DNA of 64,000 nucleotides from Trichoplax adhaerens (taxonomy: Eukaryota; Animalia; Placozoa), in the NCBI RefSeq assembly GCF_000150275.1, contig NW_002060947.1:5615086-5679085 (forward strand). The letters run 5' to 3'. Under the pieces are notes generated by a model. The model had not been told where the DNA came from. It did no database searches and worked only from the letters and a program-made list of their open reading frames with translations. The position numbers and the translations under genes are program-made. Within the stretch, counting starts at the first letter, position 1, and the number at the start of each line of letters is the position of its first letter. Shown here one piece after another: positions 51,098 through 64,000 of the stretch.

Positions 51098-52527
51098 TAG
51101 TAATTAATAAAGTCGCCTAATGCATCTGTAGTTGCAGCCTTTTTTCAGCTTACTTAATGCTACTTGTAGACTAAAACGGATGCGATATGGACTATAAACT
51201 ACTTTAGAATTTGAAAGAGTACTTAGATATCATTGTATAATGATTAGTCAAATCATGCTGTCAATTAATATAGTCATACCAATTTATATCGGTACATATA
51301 CGTTTAAAATCTTAATCATCTGTCCAGATAGCAGCATTTTATTGCTACTATGGTTCAATAGACATAAAATGGGTAAATAGTGCTACGCTTATTCAGTTAG
51401 TTGATGTGGCATTAAGCATATATACTTATATTCATACAGGTTACAACCAATACAGCGAATAATCGTATAATCAAAAAGTTATTACCTCCTAAGACGATGG
51501 TGAGTAATATTTTTATTTTATCATTAATCTGACAAGGCATTATGTAGAATGTTAGATTTACAGTTTATAAGTAAGGAATGAAACTGAATTTCACTACATC
51601 TCATGATATAACCATACGAAAATTCGAAATCATATATAATGAGCTTAGCTACTATAAGTCGTTTCGAGAAAGATATAGTCAATATGGATGAAAAATCGGC
51701 TATTTTCATCTTTCAGGTGGTTCAAATCGATTCGCCAGCCATAGTCTATTACATGAACACGGGACATAGGTAAATAGATATTGACTAGCAATCATTCTCC
51801 TATTGCTTATGTTATACGAGTGGTAAGTATATTTGTAATCATTTTGATCAACTTAAGGAAGATAGATTTATTTTCCAAACACTCGTAAAAAAATTAGCAT
51901 AATTTTCGACTTTACTGCTAATACAGTTATCAGTAATACATACTATCAGGGCTATCGCTGTCTGAATTGATGAGAAATTTTCAAATAAAATTAAGAAGAA
52001 ATTATAATCATTGTTAATTGCAGATTTTCAATCCTATCTTGGGTAGATAAAATGTCACACCAAGTTTTTATTGACTGCCTACAAATTCAGGTAAATGGGT
52101 TGAATATCGTTTCAAGTTATATATAGACGAAAATGCCGCCCAATAAAAATAACTAACTTCAATTCTGGGTGATTTCTAACCTAGGAAAAGAAGAAAGAGC
52201 AGATATTGTTAAAAAATCTTGGACCTAATCCACGTTTATAAAAGAAACACCATATCGTCTTATTTCATTATGTTACAGAATTTATCTCTAAAGACATATT
52301 TTTAAGGTTAATCCTAATTCTAATAAGCAGTTTTTACTGTTATCTATATTGCTATGAACTCTAATAATGTTCAAATTATGAAAAGCAACACGACAAGTTA
52401 TATTGCTATTTTATCAGCTATAAAAAGTTTTCTAGTTCGTAATTGTCATATAAAATCTTGTTGTATTGGTAAAATAGTTTACAATTTTACTAGTAATAAA
52501 AATTACTATTTTACCTTAAAATTTATT

Positions 52528-55500
52528 CTAAACGATAGTGGCATTAAGTTTTCGTTTTCGTAACTCATCGATACTTTTAAATCCATTATCGCCATTTAAT
52601 GTATTGGAAATTTCAGTTTGCTTCGAAAATAAATTAACTAATGATTTACTTCTTGTTCCGTCGAACATTAATGTTTGATGGCAGCATAATGTACCATTAT
52701 TGAAGCATTGATTTAGTTGAATATATTGGTTATTGCCAGCATGTAAGGAATCAGCGCGTTCCTTTCTTACTCTTTTATTCTGTAGCATTTCATGGTTGGT
52801 GGTGGTATCTTTAGTGATTTTAATAGCAATATCTACATTTCCACTCCCATTCAATTTATTATCCGTATCATAATTTTCTCTGCTCGAGCATTCTTCAGCA
52901 TTTGTGGTCTGCATCAATTCAACTCCGTCACTATTACTATTTTGAAGGCTTTGAGCATTTTCATATGCGTAATCATAACTCGTCGTTATTGGATGTTTTT
53001 CTGTTGTAGTAACTGGCTTTAAGAAGGATGATCTACGTCGTATAAGCTCATCAGATGATTTCGATTTATAAATGAGTTTCTTCTTGTTTCCATCAGGGGG
53101 TATTTGATATGTAGCAATGAGAGCTTTTAACTCCTGTTCTCGCTTACTCGTTCGCCTTACTAAGGGGTATGGGTTTTCCTGAAATTGATAAGATACTTTA
53201 TCCAAGAGTTGATCGATGATATTTCGATTCTTTTTCGTCATAGACTGATTTTCGAGACTAAATTTGGAGCGTAGTTTTCTGCCCTGTAAGAAATAAAATA
53301 GCTCATTATTTAAAAGATAATTTAATTTAAGTTATAAGATGTTCTTCACTCTTTAAACCAATAAAGGATAGCTTAGTGTTATATTTATTTTCTCATTCTC
53401 AACACTTTCCTCAGTAGCTCCATGCACTGCTGCCATCATCATAAACAACTGTTGTAATATAACGTCAATATCAACAGTCTGCTTGTCCTCACAGAAATAA
53501 TGTGCTAATCTTTGCGATTGCTTCTCCATAGTTTTAGTCATGATCGTAATAGCATTGGACTCCCTTTTGTACTTCTAAACGGGATAAAAATGAGATTAAA
53601 AATTGCATTTTAGGAATTATAAAACAGGTTTGCAAGCAGCCTTCCATGATATAACTACTGTCCAATGATCTAATTTTACATATAATTCCGAACAAATTAT
53701 TACTTCTACGAATTCAATAATTTTTGTCTTAATCTCCGGTATCAGCTCCATTTCTGCACCACATCGAAGTAGCAGTAATTTAGACTCCAATGTCAATATT
53801 GAAGATTTAATTTCGCAGTAAGGCAATCTACAGTTAAATGTAGAAAAAAAATTCGTATAAAACGTGCAAGTATTAACGGTTCAATTATAGAGTTATTTAT
53901 TAGTTGAGCAAACTGAAAGATATACTTGATGCAACTTTTCAGAGAAGGTAGAAGATCTAGCCAAGACAAGCAATGACTTTGGCTATCAATGATGTGCTAA
54001 ATTTAGGGGAAAAATTGAAATTGAGTTTAGTATTGAGAATTCATATTGCTATGTCATAAAACGATATGTTGCAATTCAGGAGCATTCGAATATCGACCTT
54101 GACAATATAATCAATGAGCAGGTGATCTGAGTTATCCATCGTTGTGTTAATTAATGCAATTAGCACTTTCAGAGAAAAGCCTTTAGCAAATTTTCCCTGT
54201 GTGATTAATAATACAAGAAAATTGATCTGCTTACAAGAGTGATTGATAGGTAAGCACTACCGTTAAGAAACAAGGAGAATATTGATTAGGCCCTATTTGG
54301 ATCACTATTATCGGACTAATCCAGTACGCTGTTATATAGAATAACTTTAATCGTTGACATATACACAAGCGCTACCATTTTTGTTATTTGTTGACCAACC
54401 AATAGGACAACTTCCATAAATTCAACCAAAGACTGGCTCTCAAGCAAATCTATTGAAGATACAAAAATACAAAATTGTCAATATTATCGAATGAGAAAAG
54501 ATTTTATAGTTTAGGACAATTATACAAATCCTTAACGATCAACTTTAAACGAAGTTGTAGCTATCTTGGATCATATAGGATAATTATTAACTATTTTCGT
54601 CTATTATGTACAGTATGAGGAAATTTGCACAAAAATTACATGATTATGCAAAATAATAATTATAAAACATGGTACAGTAGTCTATAAAGGATATTTATAA
54701 AGCTCGTTGACATAACGAGAGAAATTTTAGAGATAGTATTCTGAGAATTAATTAACAACTCAATCTGTGCAAATTGAAAGTTAATTTAGCTTACAGTGTT
54801 ATTTTGCGAAAATAAAATGCATTATGAAAGTTAAAATAAAGCTTCGCCAATCATACCTTCTATAATTTTTATATATGAGGACAATGCGCTTTTCCACTTT
54901 TCAAAATAATTTGCACACTCTTCTACGGCAATAATATACTTGATCCGGTTTAAATAGCTTTATGTATTATAGAGAATTAAAGTAAATTCCAATCGATTAA
55001 AAAAGAAAAATACTACAAAGTGCTAAACTATGGTTAAAATTGGTCCTACATAAGTTTTGTCCTTAAAATAAGAATATCGTTATTTATGATCAAACCTTGG
55101 TATATTGATTACTGAATAGAGAAATAAATCGATATAGCCCAGGCTTAGCTTATTGGTAAGTCGTAGCGTTAACTTCTTTTCCTAATAGATACCGCCATGT
55201 TAATCGGAATGATTCGATCATCAATTAAAAAGTAGTATTATTAAAATGGTATTGACAAGATACCGGCTCAAGTTCTTCCATAATCATTTGAAGTCGCTGA
55301 AATATGCGAATTGGAAGTTGTTGCCTATCGGCGTAACGAATAGCCTGGAGAACATCTTCCGTATTGCTGTTGTAACTAGTTGCAAGTAAAAAAATTGATA
55401 TCTGCATTAATACTTTTAAAATCATTTTAAATCATATTTTTTTACGAAAGTGAATAGAAGATGGTAGATTAAAGGTATAAGTCAAGTAGAATTATTCTAG

Positions 55501-58500
55501 CGTATAATCATTTCATAGATCATCAGAGGGGTAAAAGAGTGATCTTTTCAGCTATTTTAAGGCAATGAAACGTATTGAAAGTACAATGCCAACTCTATTT
55601 TATAATTAAAAGTAGATTTAATGCCGTCGTACTTTTTAAAACAACAAATGCTGGTTAAGAAGTATATTCATTTCATGATTAAATGGGAATGCCATAAGTT
55701 TAAACGCATTCATTTCTACTGTTGTTCTAAAGCAAGCAAACTGTCCTATCCGTTCCATAGCTTACTAAGTAGGATCAAGTACCGTAATGACAAAACTTCA
55801 TAAGGTCTCAGAATAGCACTATGGTCTTGAGTAAATGAAGTATAGGGCGTAATACAATATTAGAGAAGTGTTTGTTCCAATGTTCTCTTCAGCACTGATG
55901 ACTCTGAAAGGTTTTGATAGCATAATTTTATAGCCACATAAGGGAAGTTGCATAATACTATTTTCGACTACTCAGTCATGATTATTATGACATCATTGGT
56001 GAGAGATACTACTGGAATTCATGGGAGAAAGCCAGTTTTACAGTTGTTAGAGGTGCTAATATTGGCAAACTTTATTCTCCCATAGCATAAATTTAGACCT
56101 ATCAACTGCTAGCATTGATCATAAAACATAGAGGGCAAAAGTTTAATTAAGATCCGGAATAAAGCTATCTACAACTAGCTATAATTAATGGGAGTTGATA
56201 CTTGCAAACTTGCTCTCATCACTTAGGACGTATTCGAGTAGAGATGAGGTAGCAAGATGACTGGAAAGAATACTATTAAAAATTATGGTTGGCCGATAAT
56301 GATAAATTTTCAGAATTTTACTCCAGACTGCTACTTCGTGGTTATAAAGGTAAGTACGAAAACTACCATAAATTATTTCCTTCATAGCTTTGAATAAGCA
56401 GGAAATACGTAATTGAAATTGCTATCCTTGTATTCCTATAATTTGATAAATATTTTCTTACCAAGTCGTCAATTGATGTAAAAATATTTTTGTTACGAAA
56501 ATGATTGGATGATAAAATTGACTTCCTGCCTATTAAAAGTAGATGCAAGTTTCATCTTAAAAAATACTTACATACTTCAGCTACAAATGACGAAAACAAG
56601 TTTATAAGACTTCATCGAATAGGTTTTCAATCTATAGAATCAATCACTTTGACATATCGATCGTGCATTACCGTTAAACTTTCTATTTACCTTATTTAGC
56701 TTAAAACCTGAGGTGATTTCTTTCTTTTTACCGTTAAGTTGAGTATTGAATACGCTATCAGGATTAGTTAATGGACTCTGTAGGGGTTTATTCTGGATTA
56801 AATTCCAAATGCTTTGTGGATGGATTTTAGTTACCGCTGGTAAATGAATCCAGTATCTAGGCTGCCATTGCATCTTTCGAGACGTACAAGATGAAGTAGT
56901 ATTATTATTATCATCGCATCTATCCCGCAGATGTAATTGGGGAATATCGAAATGATCGATATCGGGCAAACTGCTAGCATCTTTATAGGTAGGATTCACT
57001 GATAAATGGACAGTAGCAAGTTTATCTTTACTTAATAATGATGGACGAATGATAGTTGTAGTAATATGGGTTATTGTAGCTATAGGTGTAGTCTTTTTTA
57101 ATGTAACTGTAGTAATTTGATGGTTCTCTTTGTTAGAGGTTCGAACATCTCTCTCTGTCCAGTTATCAATTAAAGTATGCTGAGAGTTTGGAAAGTACGC
57201 TTTAAATTGGCTGGACTCTCCATCATTTTCAATTAATAATTTTTCTGTATATTTCCAGATGCTTTCAATCAGGCCGATGTTAGAATGATCCATGAGCAAG
57301 AGTAAATTTTGAAATAGAGCTAGGAGAGTCTCTCGACTACCAAGGCAATGAGCCTATATATCAAAATGGATTGTTATGGTATATATCGATATAGCTCTGA
57401 TAAACTGATATAAAATAATAGCAAACATCTAGAATTATCAACCATGCGTCAAATTTACAGTTTCGATAATTTGGAAATTATAGTAATAAATTCAAAATTT
57501 ATCTAACGAGTAAAATTTAAAATTACGGTCTTAAAGATAATTGAATTAGGAAATACCCGTCTTCTCGTATAACAAGAATAACCACAGCATACATAGTAAT
57601 GAAGTTAACTAAGGTAAATAGATCCAGCTAATAGTGCCATCTAATTGAACATTTATCTAATAACTATACGAACGAAATTAATGCATCTAATGCGATAGCT
57701 TAATTTCGACAGGGAAAATAATTATAATATAAAAGAGTTATTACAGGATTAAATCTTTACCACTATTCTAACCTTGTCCAGAACTGCGTGGATCAATTGG
57801 ATTGGATTAGTCAAGTCTATACCATCCATTTCAGCAATTGCTTCTTCATCGGCATGCCAATTTTTAAGAAACTGATTGATTTGGAATGTTAATTTTGGTT
57901 CATGAAGATTTCTAAATCAGGATTGCGTTCGATATAATAAACATTTTAATTAAAAGTAAATCATAAGAATAATTATGATATCCTCCTGTTAATTTCCTTT
58001 CTTTGTTTTTACTATCGTAATATAATCACAAATATTGACTTGAGCCTCAGTCCTAATTCGTTAATAATACGACGCTGGAGTGATACACCGAAAAGTAATA
58101 AAGCTTTTAATACTTACCTCATTTGCCTTATAACTAGTGAAAAATTTTGACCTTAACATTTATAAAAAAGGAATTAATGAAAAGATAAATTAGAGAGTTG
58201 CATTGCCTTAAATACAGTTTGATTCTAATTTATAAGCAACAAATTTACCAACAATCTTAGTCTATAAATTGCATCAGAACGAGAATGAATACTATTACAT
58301 AAAACAAAACATAGTTCGAAATTCTTACACCAGATCTTGCTACGCAGAATAATTCTGGCTCGGACGTCCGTAATAATATTTATAACGCAATTAATAAAGA
58401 GTAGGCAGTTGTGATTGAGCTGATGATTGCTGATTTGTAAGTCTTTAACCACACCATGAACGAACTGTTCAATATAATTCTACTCAAATAACATGATGCT

Positions 58501-61500
58501 AAATTAAGTCTTAAATCAAAAATTGAAACTGTTGAAATTGAACTTTTCAACAGAATGCTATGGCATAGTTATGTCTGAGGATGAAAGGATATCCAAAATT
58601 GATGATGCTTTACCTGTTTTGATGTTATAAGCTTTCGAACTGCTTTTTCGCTTTCATTCGAATATAAGCATAATGCTGCTATCAATTGATAGACAACTTT
58701 ACGAATTGCCATATCTTCTGAACCTAAAACTATGGATTTATAAGTATAGAATTGCTTATTCATTCAAGACAGTGCTAAAAGCCCTCACAAATTTCTGGTT
58801 TTCTCAACATCACCGAGTTTAATTACTGTGTTAACATGACTAGCTGGCAATGCCGATAGAAGTATGTCAAGGCTAAATAGAATACAATAAGGCTACTTCC
58901 AATACACTTAATATTAGCTGTTACTACTTGATAATTATAATTAATCCAGTAACTTAATATCGAATTATAGGATCAAGATATAATGCACATATGTCAAGTT
59001 TGGACCATGTGTTTGTGATTAATCTTTATCAAATATCGGTCACAACAAAAAACAATAAAGACAACTCTCAACAATCTTTATGAAAGAGCGGAAATCCCAT
59101 AATGCAGTTTTTAAAAGGCTAGGTAATTTATCTCTCTACGTGGTGTTAATTAATACCACTAGACGTTGTAGGAACTAAGATCCTGATACGTAGTATAAAG
59201 CAGAGATGGTTAAAACCCTATTATCAGCCGCTATTCTACCGCTGTTTCGTTTTTTATGCAAACTACTCCAAAATTGACCTATATTAACTATCTAATTTAC
59301 TTTCGATCGAATAAGGACTGTACGTTTATATGTCTCATTCTTTATAGTTTTTAGATTTTCCAATCCTAGACAGTCCGTGCCTTACATAATGCTAGAATGA
59401 CATAATTAGAAAAATGAAATATGGCTTCTGAAATTAATATTGGGTAATAGGCGCATATTTGTGCGGTAAATTGTCGCAATTTGATAAAGAATTAGAAGTT
59501 ATGATTGCTCAAAAACGCTTGAAATGAAGTAGTATTTAAATGGCATTATGCGATTTAGTCATATACTGTACAAAAAAAAATTAAGAGTAATTTTACTAAA
59601 GAACGAATTTAATAGTTACGATTTGCTCATCAGAATAGTTTGAAATATGTCCGGCTTTTTATTTGTATAGGAAGCAAACTCATATTACAAGGGACAAAAT
59701 TAGAGGTACGATTTGTTTGGAGTAGCTTACAGTTTAAAATATGTCCGGTAATTTATCCGTACTAATTAAGAATTAATTCTAAATATAATAGATCAAATTA
59801 GAAATAGAACAGTAATTTAGTTAACACTGCTTGAGGTATGTTCTATAATTTATTTTTGTAACATGACTGATTGTAACTGTAAACGTGTTCTTTAAATTTT
59901 GATATAGCGATTGCTCAAACTTGTTTAAAAGACATTCTATAATTTATTTTCCTAAAAAGACTGATTACAATAATAAAAATGTTGGTTAAATTTAGACAAT
60001 TGATAGCTAAAACTTGATTAAAAGACATTCTATAATATAGTTTATTTTCGTATAAAGACTATCTGGAACTGTAAAAATGTTCTTTAAATTTAGATTAGGT
60101 GATTACTCAAACTTGCTTAAAAGACACTCTTTAACTCCAAATAACTATGTTAAATGGATTTGTTCAAACGCTATCGCTGTAGTATATGCTTCTTTCTTAG
60201 TATTAACTCGGTATTATAGCTACTTATTGGAACGCCATGACAAGATTAGATAAAAAGCCTTTGGTGATAATTGGAATTAATCGGATGATCTTATGTCATT
60301 GATTAAGATTTCATTAAGTTAATTAAAAATGAGAACTGGGATGAACAAAAATTGTTTGCATTAATTATGTGCCATTAACCTAGTACAGCTAATTTGGATT
60401 ATGTTTTTATATCATATTTTGAGAAAGTCAAAATGATTGAATATGTTAACTATCATTACACTTTAATTGGAACTTATTCCTCATAGATGATTAAGGAATA
60501 AACTTTATCGATTCTGTAAACGAAACAGCTATCTAAAGTTATGTCGTAGTATAAGACTGCTACGGCAAATAACGAAGTAACTTATTTCTGGCAAGCCTAG
60601 CTGCAGAAATTGTAACCAAAAACTACAAATTGAGTTACTAATGTATAGTATAGCGACGACATTCATCATACCTAAGAATTGTAATCGTCGTAAAGTTATA
60701 ACACCCTACTACATACATAACATTATTAAAGTATTATTACAAATTATCAAAGTAAATAATGGAAACTACCATTATTTTACGTATTTTCAAGCTGGCTATT
60801 CATGAGCAGATCCAATGTTAACATATGGTCTTGTAAATTGTAAGGGAAAAGTAAAAGTTAATAATAATTATAATTACATAATTATTTTTAAATTGGATAA
60901 TAAACTAGTATTACCTAAAGCTAAAATTAACACAATTTAGAAGCTTAATCAAAGTTTTAGAGATCAGAAAGAATGAGGTATTCCTATTTCGTCAAAACAT
61001 CTTGATTCAGCTATATTGACATAGTATAATAATATGAAAATGTAGTATAAATTTCCTAATTAATGAACCATAACGTCTTTAATAAGCAGTTAATTTATGT
61101 AAAGAAGGAATAGAATTAAATTAATTTTTCCCGTTTTCATCTCCTTCTTTTCTCTTGGGATCGATGCTTAAAAGTTATTATAAATCGTATTATCTTCCGT
61201 TATTAAACTAAAAATTCGACGTAAAAATGTCTTGAAAAATAGGTTAATAATTATACTGTTAGTTACGATAAATATGCAATAGTTTACTTATTAATGTGCA
61301 ATTAAAATTGTGAAAAAATAGTTTGAAATTGTAGCATACAGTAAGAAGCTAAAACAAGATGTATTGTAATTCGTGAGTACAAACAACAAAGAATCACTTT
61401 TATAGAGTAACTTAATGAGAATTGTGAATATTAAATTAAGGTCAAGATTTTCTTATGTACATCGAATAGACGTTAGACTGATTCACTCAGCAATTACTTT

Positions 61501-62131
61501 AAAATAATTTTCTACTTAAACTTAAAAAGTTGAGAGTTTACATTAATTTTGGATGACCAGCAAGGTCTGAATTTAGTTCAATGTTATTATTCGTTTTTTT
61601 AATTAATAATCTAGTTTGTGTACGCGTGCATAAAATAAGCGAACGCATAAATTTGACGACAGAAAGAAATCTAATATGGAGGGTATCAAATTACTGTTTC
61701 ACGCAAATGTGATAGGCAAGGATTTCTTTTAAAGAAAGATAATAATTTTACAAATTGCGTGCAATTTAATCTTATTTAAATTCGACTAGAAGTTACAGCT
61801 AGGAGAAATCAATCTATCAAGACTATTACTTACCCTGAAAAAGTTGCTGAATTAAAAAGTGATTGTGTGCTACGTGATCCATTCCTAGCTGATGGTTCAT
61901 TAGTAATTTAACACAAGCGATTGCAAGTTGTCCTTGGCCATCATTTTGACACGATAATGTAGTACAATTTGTTGTCATCCATTGAAGGAGTTGAAATAAC
62001 CCACCACGATGGATAAATGTTTCAATCCATACCTTATTTTTATTCGTTAATTCATCTTTAAGGCTATCTAATAGCATCATTGAAGGATGCAGCTTGATAG
62101 AATCGATTAAAGTCGCCATCATTTCTTCCAT
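52528..62131 (-). CDS. Divergent INF2-like formin (GBD/FH3-DID, FH2, DAD/WH2-like; no FH1)
   Basis: DID: WIETFIHRGGLFQLL, ACVKLLMNHQLGMDHV, VYQLIAALCLYS, DVRARIILRS, GIDLTNP. FH2: YWIHLP..SIW, KIFLHQL, IPRYLNRI, KGFSLKVL, LAHYFCED. C-terminal IIDQLLDKV. Exon-by-exon colinear with INF2 and all junctions phase-compatible. Confidence 0.88.
59450..60130. repeat. Degenerate ~80-110 bp tandem array in the first formin intron
   Basis: gatt.ctcaaacttg.ttaaaagacattctataat at ~59909, 60000 and 60100, with more diverged units back to ~59450. Confidence 0.8.
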
Positions 62132-64000
62132 GATGGGTTTTGTATGCAGACAATGGACTGTTTTAACTTATCGGAAGGAATTACTGTCGTCTTGAAATGA
62201 CGATTTTCGACAACTCATTTCAGGATATATATAGCAGCCTTTTTATAATATCAAATATCGAATATGTTGGCTTGAGAAATTGATTAGTGTTCAATTACTA
62301 ACTGAACAAATACTAGTATCAATTAGCGTATATATTATATCATCACCGTGTCCTATCGACGCTTAATTGAATATTGAATTGGTCTAAATTAAGCAATTGA
62401 ATGAAATAATCAATCAATGTGAAATTAAAGCTTGCAATTGTCAAAACGAAGAATGGTAAATAACAATATATTCAATAGATTAAGCAAAATCTTTTAGGAA
62501 ATATTTACTAATGACGACATAGAGCCGAGTAAGTTTATTATTGGAAAGTAAATAATACGTAAATTCGAGAGGACTCATATTAAATCTATTACGAAATATT
62601 TCCTAGTTTTGATAAAAATTAGAATGAACGATCGTGCCTATTGTGAGTATTGTCAGATCCAAATGCTATTAGAAATTACGCAGGTAGTATACGTAGGAGA
62701 TAGAGAGGTACGGCTACACTGTAACTTACATGTTACCAATTTCATCATTAAAAATAACGTCTGCAGACTAAAATCGTTGTGTCAAGGTATGTGCTATAAA
62801 TCAGCCATCTTCTACGGACTTACGTAGCACATATATTTCTATCCATCAATAATAATTTGATTATTCCCTCCAAACTTTATGATTAATTTGTGGTTACACG
62901 CATATACTGATTTAGTGCCGATGTATTACATTATCAATTCCGGATGGATGATGCCGAAGCAAATTGGTTATAATTAATCACGGAACCTAGAAATATTGGA
63001 CTTACAGCAGTTCTTCAGTGTATAGTATTGAGGTATAATCGTTCTTAAATCTCGGTAGATTAAAGAAATGATATATAATTGCATATTACGGAACTACGTT
63101 TCCAATATTCAACTAAGAGCTATATTTTAAGTGGTATAATTTCTTTTAGTATTTAAGTTAATAGTACGATTTGACAAAGTTACAATCTGTCATGTTTGTA
63201 ATGCTTTAGCTACGTTGACCTCCTTTGATTGTTCACTTGCTTTATGCTATCTTATTTGAAGTCTAAAAATAAAAGCTAGTTATTGCTTTTTCTTTTTGTT
63301 ATACATTGCTAGTGAGAACTACTAAAATAAAGTCGTAACATAAAGTAAGTTGTACTTTTAGAGACTGTTCTTTGAGTCTATTTAGGAGGGTAGTTCTATA
63401 TTATGCCGCTTAGACAGTTGTGATACGGCACTAGATACAAATTGAAGCCGATATTAGAAAGACAATTTATAGTAATTTTATTTTAATGCAAGTCATGGAG
63501 ACGTGTCTTTTGCTTTTTATGATAAATTATACAGCAGTTGATTCGTATGTTTAAATTCATCAATTGATATCTTACTATTCACTCCAGTTATTGCAAGCAG
63601 CTCCATTGCATGATAAAATATCAGGTTACATTTATCTATCTCGTATTGCGGGCTTTTTAAAGTTAAAATATAAAATTACTGCTTATGTCATCGCTAATGA
63701 AAAGTTCTAGATTTAATACGATACTTTTATTTGTCTCTATGAGCAGTACAATAATCATTCCTTACGCGATGGAGTTAGCACGATCAATAAGTATGGTACC
63801 TAATATACTAGCCACCGATGGGTGTTATATGACAAATTTACGGAAATGCTATTCTACTGCATACTATGAGTTTCAAGATACACATATTCCAAGATAAGGT
63901 AAGGCATTTGACTGGTAATTCAACAGTCAATAATTTCAATATTAAACAATATTATTGCAATTTCGGGGAACATTGCCATTGATTCATGACATAAGACGAA

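Noticed and set aside
55183-55263. Possible U12-type intron (GTATCTTG donor) in the formin
   Set aside because: Mismatch to GTATCCTT and no TCCTTAAC branch site.
63685-63897. ORF with a signal-peptide-like start near the window end
   Set aside because: A stop precedes the nearest strong donor (63899) and no homology is recognised; it cannot be judged without the next window.
1-64000. tRNA, rRNA, and RT/transposase coding sequence
   Set aside because: None recognised by eye; tRNAscan-SE, Infernal and a TE protein search would be needed to exclude them.

Overview
AT-rich, intron-containing animal genomic DNA. The gene set (intronless rhodopsin-class GPCR paralogs, TMEM131, C4orf33, an INF2-type formin) and the short GT-AG introns suggest a non-bilaterian such as a placozoan; this taxon is my inference. 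1-13.7 kb is a tandem array of a 5-7 kb unit with two intact GPCRs, one GPCR truncated after TM1, and two different solo LTRs with 5-bp TSDs. 20.1-35.1 kb is TMEM131 (+) behind a phased CCAAT-box promoter. 38.9-43.8 kb is a two-exon gene (+) joining an SH3-like region to a jacalin-like domain. 45.0-48.0 kb is a C4orf33/UPF0462 homolog (-). 49.7-51.1 kb is a candidate small multi-exon orphan gene (+). 52.5-62.1 kb is a divergent INF2-like formin (-). Most long introns and intergenic gaps contain degenerate tandem arrays, each with its own unit. Best leads: (1) a directional CpA/TpG->TpA (RIP-like) substitution bias between the duplicated GPCR units; (2) a formin lacking FH1, the GNxMN motif and the conserved FH2 lysine; (3) two independent LTR insertions 62 bp apart at homologous GPCR promoter positions; (4) the intron-filling ~190-200 bp array inside the jacalin gene. 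All gene models and alignments were made by eye.
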